A DNA stretch of 64,000 nt from positions 21,119,309-21,183,308 of the forward strand of contig NC_092379.1 in NCBI RefSeq assembly GCF_030028105.1. The letters are read 5' to 3'. The number at the start of each line of letters is the position of its first letter. Position 1 is the first letter of the stretch. This stretch comes from Mobula birostris (taxonomy: Eukaryota). Below, in pieces: positions 24,857 through 38,000 of this stretch. The notes beneath the pieces were generated by a model. The model worked only from the letters and a program-made list of their open reading frames with translations, was not told where the DNA came from and did not search any database. The translations under genes were made by a program, and so were the position numbers.

Positions 24857-25590
24857 GTTACAAGACACTCCCAACTGCACCAGCTTCCGGGAGTATGGAT
24901 AGCTGGCACAGCCCCTTTAAGGGATCAGGACGGTCCTGCTAATTGATAATCATGTTTGGGTGCCAAGAATTGAGTATTTAAGGAACAGCTGAACAGAGGT
25001 TTGGTGCTCATTCATGAGCTGACTTGTGCTGTCATCCAGCATTTATTTTGTGCTCAGATCTAGTTTGATACCGTGACTAGAACCTCGCTTCATTTACCCT
25101 GGAAAATCGGTCCAAACCTTCTTCATCAAGGACTCTCGTCAACATGGACCCAGTGGGATATCAAAATCTTTCATCCACTGTGGTGAGCCACAGTGGAAGG
25201 AATTCCAGACAAGGCCTGGTGATTCACAACTTCCTGGTACCCATTCATCAAATTTCACAAGGAGGTCAGGAGAGCCAGTTGGTCTTCTGTGGAGCCAGCA
25301 CATCTTCCAGCCCCGGAGAGATTTGACAGTGACTCGGGTTCTTGCCGTGGCTTCTCACCCAATGCTCATTCGTGTTTGAACTACAGCAGTCCCGGTTCCT
25401 ATCAGGATGAGGAAAATTGGACTGCATTATCTCTCTCCTGACTGGAAAAGCCCTGGCCTGGGCCACTGCGCACTGGGAATTCAGAGGAATTCAAGGCCAC
25501 CATAAGGAAGGTGTTGAATCACCTCACCGGAGTCAGCCGAGCCTTGGACCACCTGATAAAGATTCGACAGAGGGGAAGGTGCTGCCTCAA
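24857..25590 (+). mobile_element. Sushi-type Gypsy LTR plus gag fragment
   Basis: TGTTACA start, ATGGACCCAG gag start, and QCSFVFELQ / IISLLTGKALAWATA, homologous to the gag at 35500-36170. Confidence 0.65.
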
Positions 25591-26339
25591 GTTTGTACCC
25601 CAGATGAACTCTGCCTTCTGCACGAACTGTGATAAGATGGGTAGAAGTCAGCATGGTGTCCTCAAGGGAAAATCTTTCCTGACAAATCTGCTGGAATTCG
25701 TTGAAGAAATAAAAAACAAGGTAGACAATGGAGAATCAGTTGGTGTTGTGTGCTTGGATTTTCAGAAGGCCTTCAACAAACTGCCACACATGAGGCTGCT
25801 TAACAAGTTACGAGCCCATGGTACGACAGGAAAAATTCTAGCGTGAGTAAAGCAGTGACTGATTGGTAGGAGGCAAAGAGTAGGAATAAAGGGAGACATT
25901 TATGACTGGCTGCTGGTGACTGTTGGTGTTCCACAGGGGTCTTTGTTGGACTGATTCTTCTTACATTATATGTTAATGATCTGGATGTTGGACGATGGTT
26001 TTGTTGCAATGTTTGCAGACATGTTGAGAGGCAGGTCATTTTGAGGAAATAGAGAGGCCATAGAAAGATAGGCAGATTAGGAGAATAGGCAAAGAAGAGA
26101 CGGATGGAATACAATTCGGGAAGTGTATGATCATGCTCTTTGGCAGAAGAAATGAAAGGGTTGACTATTTTCTAAATAGACAGAAAATACAAAATACTTA
26201 GACGCAATGCGTTTTGCGAGTCCTTGTGCAGGATTTCCTAAATGTTAATTTGCAGTCTGTGGTGAGGAAGGCAAATGTGATGTTAGCATTCATTTCCAGA
26301 GGACTAGAGTATAAAAGCAAGGATATAATGTTGATAATT

Positions 26340-27400
26340 TAAAGGACAACGACCAGTAAACGTCACCATTCGGCGCAGGTGTAAAGCTGCTGCGCTTTTG
26401 TTTCCAAAGTTTTCTGTGTTTACTCATTCGTCTTTTCCCCTTCACAATTTTACAGCTTTGCTGAAACATTCACTTTAATTTTACGAGCCAAATTGACCTT
26501 TCAGAAACATTTTCATGCCATTCAATCCCTGCCACGACTTTAAAAAATGTCACCAATTGTAGGGCAAGCCGTATGTCGAATCCGCACGCAAACCAATAGA
26601 GATAAAGAGGGAGGGCGGGAACACGCATACCTCCAACCAATAGAGACAGGCAGTCTGCATGTTTCTCTAACCAGCTGAAAGACGGGTGAGAGGATCAGCA
26701 GACCTTTTAACCAATGACGGCAGGGATAGAAGCAGGTAGGTGGGAGGTTTGGTTCACTGTGTCTACCTGACTTCTTCTCTGGTGTTTCCCTTCTCACTTT
26801 CCCCTCGGCAAAAAGCCTATGGTGGGAATGACCTGTGTATACTTACATTTGGACACTCTCGCAAACATCGTCTCCACATCAACCCCATCGAGGCCTTTCA
26901 ATAGTTGATAGGTTTTTGAGGCTTTTATGGCGGTTGCAAAAAGCTTTAAGATGCATTACCGCCCCTTCTGAACTGGAGTGTGGGTCAACGTATCATGACC
27001 TACATTTTTATATTCGATCGCATAATTTATTTGTATCAAATTTTAGAAAAAAAGGCCCATGTATTTCAGGAGCTGCACTATATATTTAAAGCAATAATCC
27101 TGCAACCCTTTCTGCAAAAAACTGTTAATGTTAAGTTGAATTTTGTTCTGTGATATCTCTAAAATCTACCATCCCCTCGCTTGATTATATGTTGTTGATT
27201 ACAATATTCACACCTCCCATTTTGTTTCTTCTTTAAAAAACAATGTACTTTAACCCTGTGTGTACATTTGTAAACATCCATAATTATTATTATTTACATA
27301 GCATTGATTTAAGTTGACTTTTCTACTTTTCTGTCTCTTTCTGAATAACTTACGATCCACCTCTGGTGTTTCACACAGTCATGGAGGCAGCCCAGGAAAG
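26340..27400. promoter_or_regulatory. Promoter-like island between CR1 fragments
   Basis: CCAAT at 26593, 26637 and 26711 (the last followed by GACG, giving a TGACG half-CRE). GC box GGGCGG at 26613. Locally retained CpGs. Confidence 0.35.
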
Positions 27401-27419
27401 GGCGCTGTATCACTCGCTG

Positions 27420-30400
27420 CCTATTACTATTTCCTCTGCCACAGGAAACAGTTGAGGCCAGTTCATTGGCTATATTTAAGAGGGAGTTAGATATGGCCCT
27501 TGTGGCTACGGGGATCGGGGGTATGGAGGGAAGGCTGGGGCAGGGTTCTGAGTTGGATGATCAGCCATGATCATAATAAATGGTGGTGCAGGCTCGAAGG
27601 GCTGAATGGCCTACTCCTGCACCTATTTTCTATGTTTCTGTGTTTCTATGAAACTCTGCAGGCTCAGCATGAGTTGAGAGTTAATGGGCAAGTACACAGA
27701 TGATACTCAGATCGGTGGAGTTGTGGATAATGAAGTATGTTTTCAAAGCTTGCAGAGAGATTTAGACCACTTAGAAGAGTGGGCTGAAAGATGGCAGATG
27801 AAGTTTAATGCTGATAAATGTAAGGTGCTACATTTTGGTAGGACTAATCAAAATAGAACATACATGGTAAATGGTAGGGCATTGAAGAATGCAATAGAAG
27901 AGAGGGATCTAGGAATAATAGTGCATAGTTCCCTGAAGGTGGAATCTCATGTGGATAGAGTGGTGAAGAAAGCTTTTGGTATGCTGGCCTTCATAAATCA
28001 CAGCATTGAGTATAGGAGTTGGGATGTAATGTTGAAATTGTACAAGGCATTGGTAAGGCTAAATTTGGAGTATCATGTACAGTTCTGGTCACCGAATTAT
28101 AAGAAGGATGTCAATAAAATTGAGAGAGTACAGAGGAGATTTACTAAAATGTTGCCTGGGTTTCATCTCCTAAGTTACAGAGAAAGGTTGAACAAGTTTG
28201 GTCTTTATTCTTTGGAGCGTAGAACATTGAGGGGGCACTTGATAGAGGTGTTTAAAATTATGAGGGGGATAGATGGAGTTGACGTGGATAGGCTTTTTCC
28301 ATTGAGAGTGGGGGAGATTCAAACAAGAGGACATGAGTTGAAAGTTAGGGGACAAACATTTAGGGTAACATGAGGGGGAACTTCTTTACTCAGAGTGGTA
28401 GCTGTGTGGAATGAGCTTCCAACACAAGTGGTTGAGGCAGGTTTGGTGTTGTCATTTAAGTTAAATTGGATAGATATATGGACAGGAAAGGAATGGAGGG
28501 TTATGGGCTGTGTGCAGGTCGGTGGGACTAGGTGAGAGTAAGAGTTTGGCACAGACTAGAAGGGCCGAGATGGCCTGTTTCCATGCTGTAATTGTAATAT
28601 GGTTATATGGTTAAATGATATGCTACACCTCGTGAGGGCAAATGCAAAGAGATAGTACACTTTTAAGGACAAGTTCTTTAGCAGTGCTGCCGAGCAGAGA
28701 GATCTTCGGACCCAAGTTCATAGCTCCTTGAAAGTGGCTACACAGGTCAATAAGATGGTTAACAAGGATTAAGGAATGCTTGCTGTTAATAGTTAAGGAA
28801 TTGAGTTCAAAAGTCAGGAGGTTATGTTGCAACTTTATAAAACTCAGGTCAGACCACACTGAAGTACTGCATACAGTTCTTGTTGCCCCACTATTGGAAG
28901 GATGTTGAGGCTTTGGGGAGGGTGTAGAAGAGGTTTGCCAGGATGCTGCCTGGTTTCAAGGGAACATGCAATCAGGAGAGGCCACATAAACTTGGGTTGT
29001 TTTCTCTGGAGCGTTGGAGGCTGAGGGGGATTTGATAAAGGTTTGCAAAATTATGAGAGACAAAGAGAGAGTGGAGAGAGTATCGCTTTCCCAGGGTTGA
29101 AATATGTATTAACAGAGGGAATGAATTTTAGGTGAAAGGGGGTCAGTTCAAGGGAATGTGAGAGGTTAATTTTATACTCAGAGACTGGAGGATGGCTGGA
29201 ATGTATTGCCTGGTGTGGTGGTAGAGGCAAATACATTAGAGATGTTTGGGTAGGCAAGTGGATGTAGGGAAGAAGAGGGGATATGGACATGGCGTAGGTG
29301 GTAGGGATTGGTGCTTGGGTGTTTTTGATTTGCTTTATAGCTGGTTCGGCACAACAGTGCAGGCAAAATGGCCTGTGCTGTAGTAAATTATTTTGGTGCC
29401 ACATCCTAGGGGAAGGAATTTGTAGAATGTCTACAAGTTTTTTCTTAGAGCAGGTGGTGAATGAGCCCACTCGACGATTAGCTATTCTGGATTGGATGTT
29501 GTGTAATCAACCGGAATCGAGTGGAGAGTTTAAGGTAAGGGAACGCTTGGGAGCCAGTGATCATAATATGATGTAATTCACCCTGCAATTAATTTGAGAA
29601 GGAGAATCAAAAGTCAGACAGATTAGTATTACAGTGGAGTAAAGGGAATTTCAAAGGCATGAGAGGAGCTGGCCAAAAAATTGATTGGAAGGGGAAACCA
29701 GCAGGGATGATGACAGAGCAGAGATGGCTGGAGATTTGGGGAGTAATTTGAAAGGCACAACATGGATGCATCCAAAAGAAGAAATGTTCTCAAGGCAGTA
29801 TGCCACCAGGTAGCATCTAATGAAAAGAGTAAACAAACAATGATTTGGGTCAAGACCCTTCATCAGTCTGAAACTTTGACTCTTTTTCATAGATGCTGCC
29901 AGGCCTGCTGAGCTCCTCCAGCACTGTGTGTGTTACTAAAGAACCCATGGTACTACAGGAGAGATACTAGCATGGATAGAACATCCTCTGGTAGGAGGCA
30001 AAGAGTAGGAATGAAGGCAGACTTTATTAGCAGCTAGTGCCTCGTGGTGTTCCACAAGGGTCTGTGTTGGAACCGCAACTTATCACGTAAAATGTCAATG
30101 ATTTGGATTACAAAATTGATGGCTTTTAGGGCCAAGTTTGTGGATGATACTTAGTGAGGTGGAAGGGCAGATAGAGTTGAGAAAGCAGAGAGGCTACAGA
30201 AACAGATTTGGAGAATAGACAAAGTAGTGGCAGATATGATAAAGTGTTGGGAAGTGAATGGTTATACAGTTTGGGAGAAGAAATAAAAGCATAGGCTACT
30301 TCCTAAATGGAGATAAAATTCAAAAATCTGAGGTAAAAAGGGCCTTGGGAGTCCTTGTGCAGGATTCCATTAAGGTTAATTTGCAAGTTGAGTCTGTGGT

Positions 30401-31060
30401 GAGGAAGGCAAATGCAATGTTTGAATTCATTTTGAAAAGACTAAAATATGAAAGCAAGGATGTAATGTTGAGTATTTATAAGGCACTGGTGATGTCTCAA
30501 TTGCAGTATTGTGAACAGTTTTAGGCACCTTATCTAAGAAGGAATATGCTGACATTGAAGAGGGCTCAAAGGAGGTTCACAAAAATGATTCCGGGATTGA
30601 AAGGTTTATCAAATGGGAAGTATTTGATAGCTCGGGGTCTGTATTCACTGGAATTCACAAGAATGTGGAGGGGGGGGGTGTCTCATTAAAACCTATCAAA
30701 TGTTGAAATGTCTTGATAGAGTGGATGTGGAGAGGATATTTCCTCTGGTGGGAGAGTCTAGGACCAGAGGACACAGCCTCAGAATCAGGGTCATCCATTT
30801 AGAACAGAGATGAATAGGAATTACTTTTGCCAGAGAGTGGTGAATCTGTGTAATTCATTGCCACAGGCAGCAGTGCTCCCCAAGTCATTGGGTATATTTA
30901 AGGAGGAGGTTGGTACATTCTTGATTAGTCAGGACATGAAGGGATACTGGGAAAGGGCAGGTAATTGGGGCTGAGAAGGAAATTGGATCAGCCATGATGA
31001 AATGCTGGAGTAGACTCGATGGGCTAAATGGCCTAATTCTGCTCCTATACCTTATGGTTT
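27420..31060 (+). mobile_element. Stack of CR1 RT and 3' fragments
   Basis: ORF 27684-28373 (DDTQIGG...LKLYKALVR...ERVQRRFTKM) and several CR1 3' ends. Confidence 0.85.
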
Positions 31061-31170
31061 TACTTGGGACCTAAAACATTCGCCCACTTGTGGATCACTC
31101 TAAAGTTCTGAACTGGTATTCAGATTCTTGTTTTGGGTTGATTTTGGAGAATACTGACAGACACCTCTTC

Positions 31171-33210
31171 ATGGGGTTTCATCTCCTGGAATGAGATGTT
31201 GTTTAGTTCACCTGTCCTCACAGGTTAATGTCTGTGCTGCACCTTGTCACACAATATCATACTCTCCTGTCTATATTTCAGGTTCAGCAGTGACCAGCAG
31301 ACACACACCCCACATTCAGTCAAGAGATCCCCGTGTGACTGCGATGTTTGGAAATGGAGTCTCCATCTCACTCACTCGGCAATCCAAGGCTACTGCACTG
31401 CAACTGCTCATTTCAGAAAATAAACCTCTAAATGTACCGGGGATGCCAGATGGGAAATGGGGGCACAGAGCCGGTTCGGTGGGCGGAGGGACAGCGGTGG
31501 ATGATACATTGGGAAAATGGCAGGATATGTGACACTGGAGGGGGTATACAGGAGGGGAGAGGAAGGCAGGATTAACGATTGGGAATGGGGAGCACAAGAT
31601 GGGAGTGATTAGTGAAGGAGAAGAGGGAGATGAGGAGATGGGTATTATTGTTATGGGGCAAGAAGGTGACATGTGGAGGGGGTTAGGGTTAGGGTTGACG
31701 TGCGAAGGGGAGTGTGGTGGAAAGTGGGCTTAGGATCTTGTTCTGTTATGTTTTGTAAATCAGACGTTATGTAAATCATTGCTTGCAGCTTTTCTTACAG
31801 TTTTCCGTTAAGTTTATGTCATGAATTGAAATTGTATTCATTAAAAACAAAGAAAAGGAGAAAATGAAGTGACTGGAGTTGATAAACTGAGGGAAGCCAT
31901 TCAGCCCATCTTAGTTCCCTCATCACTGCAGTGGATTCACCTGCCTCCAAGTTCCACAAGTGGGTAATGCATCATGGGACAATTCTCGGAGAGATTTCCA
32001 GCCTGTAATATGAGTGTAGCCCCACACGTACTGCTCATGTTCATGAGGAATTTCCCACAATGGGAATACTGGGGTGCTGCAACCGGAGAAATATATTCAG
32101 AAAAACACAGAGGCTTATTGGAAGAGTTTCTTAGAATCCTGTTACACATCCCAGAGCCTGATATTGGTGGAATGTTTTATAATGTGTGTCTTAATCCCAT
32201 ATTTCAACACATTATCCTAATTCTCCGCACTCCATGTCCCATAAAGCTGTGGGGACAGGGGATTCTCCATTGCACACACAATCTTCCTTCAATGTCTCAG
32301 TTGAAAGGCAGCACCTCTGTCCCTCTGTACTACAGTGAACAGCCAAGTCAGCCTGAACTTCTGTTCTCAGGTCACTGAAAAGGGACTCAACAGAATCAGT
32401 GCCCTGGAACAGGACTCACTGTGGGGACCAAAGCTTTTATTCTTCCTAGTGTTTAGCTGAAGGAAACTTGGTGCATCCTGCAGCATCCCCCGTCAGAGAG
32501 TGTGGGGTTGTTGGTACAAGTACTGGTGACACAGAACTGGATATCGACCATGTACATGTTTTAATGTGATATCAGCAACAGAGCACATTTTGAGAAAATA
32601 TGCCAACGCAGGAAAATACACTCGGAGTAGAAAACATAAACAGGTACTAGATCAGTGCAAACCAAGACAGAATGGAATACATCAGCTGTTTGGCTGATGG
32701 ACACCAGCACCTGATTTGAGCAGAGTAAGTCCAAGGGACAGACATTGGACGGCACCGGACCAGATATTGAAGGAATATACCCCAGCTATAGGCATTGTCT
32801 GGTCTTTTATAGTTTTCCCCAATAGGAAAAAAAAACCGTTCACGTGACCAGAAATTGTGGTTAATTCTCAACATCGTGCGGGAATGTGCTAGAGCTTGGG
32901 AATACATGACTGATCTTGGGGAAGGCTGTGATTCCCATGTATGAGCAAACAACTGAAATTTAGATATTTGGAAGAATCTGAGAATCAGATTTCCAACCCC
33001 ACATCTCGGGGAGTGCACCACGTTCAGACATATGGGAAAATGTATATGGAGCAGATTTTAGAGATTGCATAGACAATCAGAGATTGTAGGAGTTTCCCTG
33101 TGCCCATAACCTAGAGTGCAGAGCAGGTTGTGAGGGTGCGTGGCACTGAATCATATACTGTGAATATTATTCCAGGAAAAGGAGACAACCTGGGACCAGA
33201 TCCTTTGGAG
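31171..33210 (+). pseudogene. Degenerate multi-module V-set Ig-like locus, copy 1 (leader, modules A-D)
   Basis: Leader-like exon, then a 58-nt GT-AG intron (31224-31281). Modules B, C and D share a gagcctgatattggtgga / ggaccagatattgaagga / gaatcatatactgtgaatattattcc ending that resembles D-x-G-x-Y-Y-C. All frames are broken. Confidence 0.4.
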
Positions 33211-33364
33211 ATTCCATATGCCCATATCCTGAAATGCATGTGCAAGCAGGACTGACCAATCCAACTATTGACAGAGTCATTGCCAAAGCCATATCTGGAA
33301 TTTAATGTAAAATCAATCCCAATCCCAATCTAAAAACAATACAGTTATACAACACTGTGGATTA

Positions 33365-33570
33365 CTTTTAGTTATCATTCATGGGATGTGAGTAGAACAA
33401 TATTTCTTTCCAATCCCAGCTGCTCTTGAACTGGGTGGATTACTGAGCCATATCACAGTGCATTTAAAGGTCAGTTACATTACTGAGGGCCTGGAGACAT
33501 ATACAGGCCAGACCAGGTAAAGTCAGCTGAATACCTTCCTTCAAGCATATCAGTGATGCGTTTAGACATA
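33365..33570 (-). mobile_element. DeuSINE-like (SacSINE1/AmnSINE-related) fragment
   Basis: Reverse complement of ttacctggtctggcctgtatatgtctccag...taactgcactgtga..tggc, which matches the recalled Deu domain. Confidence 0.6.
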
Positions 33571-33689
33571 AATCCATTTCTCATGACTCTATCCTGCCCT
33601 GTCTTTCTTTCCCTCCGTGAGTACGTGCTGCCAGTCCTCCAGTATATTTTACACTCTTCACTGCTCAGAGTAACAGCTTTGTCTTCTGC

Positions 33690-34480
33690 TTCCAGTCTTC
33701 GGTACTGGGGGTTCTTAATAGTGGACGCTGCCTTTCTGAGACACCACTCCTTGAAGATGGCCTGGGTACTTTGTAGGTTAGTACTCAAGTTGGAGCCGAC
33801 GAAATTTACAAAATTCTGCAGCCTCTGTCAGTCCTGTGCCATAGCTCCCCTATATCAGACAGTGATGCAGCCTGTCAGAATGCTCTCCACAGTATATCTA
33901 TATTAGTTTTTGAGTGTATTCGTTGACATACCAAATCTCTTCAAACTCCTAATGAAGTATAGTTGCTGTCTTGTTTTCCTTATAGCTGCATTGATATGTT
34001 GGGACCAAATTCAGTCCTCAGAGATCTTAACACCCATGAACTTGAAACTGCTCTCTCTCTCTCTCCACTTCTGATCCCTCTGAGGATGGTATGTGTTCCT
34101 TTGTCTTACCCTTCCTGAAGTCCACAATCAGCTCTTTCGTCTTACTGATGTTGAGTTCAAGGTTGTTGCTGCGACACCACGTCACTAGTTGGTATATCTC
34201 GATCCTGCACACCCTCTCATCTCCATCTGGGATCCTACCAACAATGGTTGTATCATCAGCAAATTTATAGATGGTATTGGAGCTATGCCTAGCCACACAG
34301 TTGTGGGTACAGAGAGAGTAGAGCAGTGGGCTAAGCATACACCCCTGAGATGCACTGGTGTTGATTGTCAGTGAGGAGGAGATATTATCACCAATCTGCA
34401 CAGCTTGTGGTCTTCTGGTTCGGAAGTTGAGCATCCCGTTGCAGAGGGAAGTGCAGAGGCCCAGGTTCTGTAACTTATCT
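33690..34480 (-). mobile_element. Rex1/Babar-type LINE RT fragments
   Basis: QGCMLSPLLYSLCTHNC, YKFADDTTIVGRI, NNLELNISKTKELIVDFRK. Confidence 0.8.
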
Positions 34481-35086
34481 CCCGCTGTGAGAGTTGAGCC
34501 AACTCTTGCCCGCAACTGTCTTGGACGGTTGCCCACTTGGTTCCGAGTGGATCCAGCAACAGACTGTGGATTTGCAGATGAGGACAGGGGATAATGTGAA
34601 AGACATTAGTTTCTACATTATTGACTCTCCACTCATGCCCCCGATCCTCGGCTAACTTTGCCTATCCCAGCATAACCCATCCATGTTCTGGAGGGAGCGG
34701 GGTATCATTGGATGGTCCAGTCAATGTAAGAGGGTTTGTTTGCAGTATGGTGTCTGAGAGCCAGAGTCTCCTGTGACCAAAAAGGGGGCAGCCTTCAGTG
34801 CGAGGTAACCTGAGATCTTCTGGAGACCTAGCCCTGCCCTCCATGATCGAAAAACCAATTCCGGCCAATGGGACTGTATGAGCCCCAACACTATCAAGTC
34901 GGATCCCACAGGAACTAGAGAGAGGGAATCTCTCATTCAAGAGAGGACCAAAGAGATGCCCAAACATTCTGGGGAACTTGCAGCCAATGTTAAGGAACAC
35001 AGCCGCAAACAATGGTATTGGAGCTATGCCTAGCCACGCGGTCATGGGTATAGCGAGAGTAGAGCAGGTCTCATGAAGCCTGTTTC

Positions 35087-38000
35087 TCTCATGGTCCCTT
35101 CTGGCAATCCCCCACCAGCTATTTACTTCAGGAATTGGGCCTCAATCCCGTTGTTTAATTTCCAGTCATTCCCAGGTTCCACTAACTACGCACACCTGCT
35201 TTCCATCAGAAAATGCAGAATAAAGACACTGTAATCACAAAAAGGAGCTGCCAGTTCGTTGGTCGATTCCAGTGTAAGTAACCTTGTTTCATGGTTCTTA
35301 GGACTGTCAGTTCTAAGTCTAGCATCACTCCTGGATTCTCTCCAAACCCAAGACTTCGGGTAAAGACAATCCTGGAAACTGATTCCACCCTCACTACAGC
35401 AATAACGCCTCCTGACTCTGCCCCCCCCACCCCCGCCCGTGTTCTGCACTTGGACCCGTCCACTGCCACGCCCGTGCAACAGAACGAACTGGCCATAATG
35501 AACCCAGTGGACACGGATCCCGTACAACAGGCCCTCGCCAACCAGGGCTACCTACTGGGCGCCCACGACTAACTATTTAGGGAGGTCACGGAAAACCTTC
35601 AGACGTTACCCACGAATGTTCGGAAGGTCAGTGAGCAGGTGGACCGAGTTTCCGCTTCCCTTTGTCCGTCCCCTCCAAGAACCCCGACTACCCAAACCGC
35701 ACCGCTTGGGATGGCGTCGCCCCTGGGATCAGCAACACATTTCCCTCGAGAGCCATATGTACCGGAGCCCGAACCCTACGCTGGGGAGCTAGGGAGGTGC
35801 TGGGCCTTCCTGTTACAATGCTCTCTGGTCTTTGAGCTACAGCCACGTAACTACACTTCAGATAAATCCAAGATTGTGTACATCATGGGGCTGTTACGAG
35901 GGGATGCCTTGGCCTAGGCAACCGCGATATGGGATAACCGACCAGAGGTTTGTTCCTCCTTCCCCTCCTTTGTCGCTGAAATGAGGAAGGTCTTCGAACA
36001 ACCCATTTGCAGTAAGGACGCCGCTAAACGCTTACTGACTCTTTATCAGGGTCCGCGAAGCGTAGCGAGGTATTCCATCGAGTTCCGAACCTTAGCCGCA
36101 GACTCAGGGTGGAATGATGAGGCCTTAGGGGAGGTATTTCGACAGAGTCTCTCGGACAAGATAAAAGGATGAACTGGCAGCAAGGGACGGCCCAGACTGT
36201 CAGGGTTCTCTGATCTCGCTAGCCACTAGATTAGATAATCAACTTCAAGAGCGGCTGAGAGAAAGAACCAGTCGTCCCGCTCCTTGGGGAAGCCCACGGT
36301 CCACCTTATCAGTCTCAGCCAGCCTCCCTTCCCCAGCCGCTCCAAGTGTGGCTCCTGCTCCAACAGTCCCCACCACCCTGGGGGAGGAACCGATGCAGCT
36401 GGGATGGAACTGCCTCTCCCCGGCCAAATGACTTCGGAGGTGGAGAGCTGGGGACTGTTACTATTGTGGCCAGCCAGGGCATTTCCAGGATACCTGCCCT
36501 CAGCGGCCAAAGAGGGAGGGCTCACCAGTGAAAAAGGGGGCCCTGGTGAGCCGGACAATACTCCCTTCTGCCCCCCAGACTCGGATGCAGATCCCAGCTA
36601 CCGTGAATTACCAACGACAGTCCCTGTCCCTATCTGCTTTGGTGAATTCCGGTGCCGAGGGCAATCTGCTGGACGAAGACATAGCCTCCCTGGCTGGAAT
36701 ACCTCGCGAGCTGCTAACTACCCCCATGGAGGACCGGGCCCTGGACGGAAAACTGCTGGCTTGGGTGACCCACTGTACGCCGCCCCTGACCTTGATCCTA
36801 TCTGGCAACCATCAGGAGGAGGTACGATTCAGTCTCATTCATTCACCTCAAGCCCCGGTAGTTCTAGGCTATCCATGGCTGACCCAACACAATCCCCACA
36901 TCATCTGGTCTAGCAGGAAGATAGCCAAATGGAGCCAGTCTTGCCACGCCAACTGTCTGCGGTCAGCCCCATCTCCCAGGGAAGTTACCATGACCCTGCC
37001 TGTTCCGGAACCCCTCGATTTGTCCCGCGTCCCCACAGAATACCATGACCTGGGACAGGTGTTCAGTAAACAACGGGCCCTTTCCCTGCCTCTGCACCGC
37101 CCATATGATTGTGCCATCGACCTTTTCCCTGGGGCCTCGCTACCCACCAGTTGCCTTTTTAACCTATCCCGACCGGAGAGAGAGGCCATGGAGAAATACA
37201 TTAGCGAGTCCCTGGCGGCGGGCATCATCAGGCCTTCATCCTCCCCGGTAGGCGCCAGTTTCTTCTTTGTAGAAAAGAAGGACGGGTTGCTTTGTCCTTG
37301 TATTGATTAGAGGCCTAAACAGTATAACAGTTAAGAATAAGTACCCTCTACCCCTCATTAGTTCGTCTTTTGAACCACTGCATGGAGCCACCATCTTCTC
37401 AAAGCTGGACCTTCGTAACACCTACCATCTAGTCAGGATGAGGGAGGGGGACGAGTGGAAGACGGCCTTTAATACACCTCTGGCCACTTCGAATATTGGG
37501 TCATGCCGTTTGGCCTCACCAATGCTCCCACTGTTTTTAAGCCCTAATCAATGACATACTGAGGGACTTTATTAATCGGTCGTATTCGTTTACCTCGATG
37601 ATATCCTGATATTTTCTAGCATGTCCCAAGAACGCGTCCACCATGTCGGTCAAGTCCTCCAGAGACTGTGGGAAAATCAATTATTTGTGACGGTGAAGAA
37701 ATGTGAGTTCCATGTTCCTACGATCAGCTTCTTGAGTTATATCATTGAGAGCGGGCAGGTAAGAGCAGACCCCGGGAAGATCCAGGCAATGGAAGAATAG
37801 CCTAGGCCCACGACCCGCAAACAACTTCAACGATTCCTGGGGTTTGCCAATTTATCAGAGACTACAGTCGAGTGGCGGCCCCCTTAACCGGCTTACCTCG
37901 CCTACTACCCCCTTCCGTTGGGTCTCCGAAGCTGACTCGGCGTTCACCGACCTGAAGAGGCGTTTCACCACCGCTCCCACCCTGGTCCATCCGGACCCAG

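Noticed and set aside
31316-31672. Ser/Pro-rich ORF conserved with 56419-56778
   Set aside because: It is the antisense of a purine-rich tract within a recent duplication. Conservation reflects copy identity, not coding constraint.
31683-31696. TTAGGG telomeric motif
   Set aside because: Only two units; not an interstitial telomere array.
32249-32262. WGQG (J-like) in ORF 31974-32378
   Set aside because: Not conserved in the other two copies, and there is no upstream RSS or downstream donor.
33453-33500. CACAGTG heptamer (also near 46044) as an RSS
   Set aside because: No ACAAAAACC-like nonamer at 12- or 23-bp spacing. One lies in the SINE, and the other arises from a deletion in module F.
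34690-35010. About 320 bp of unassigned GC-richer sequence between Rex1 pieces
   Set aside because: No recognisable motif or open frame that I can support; left unannotated.
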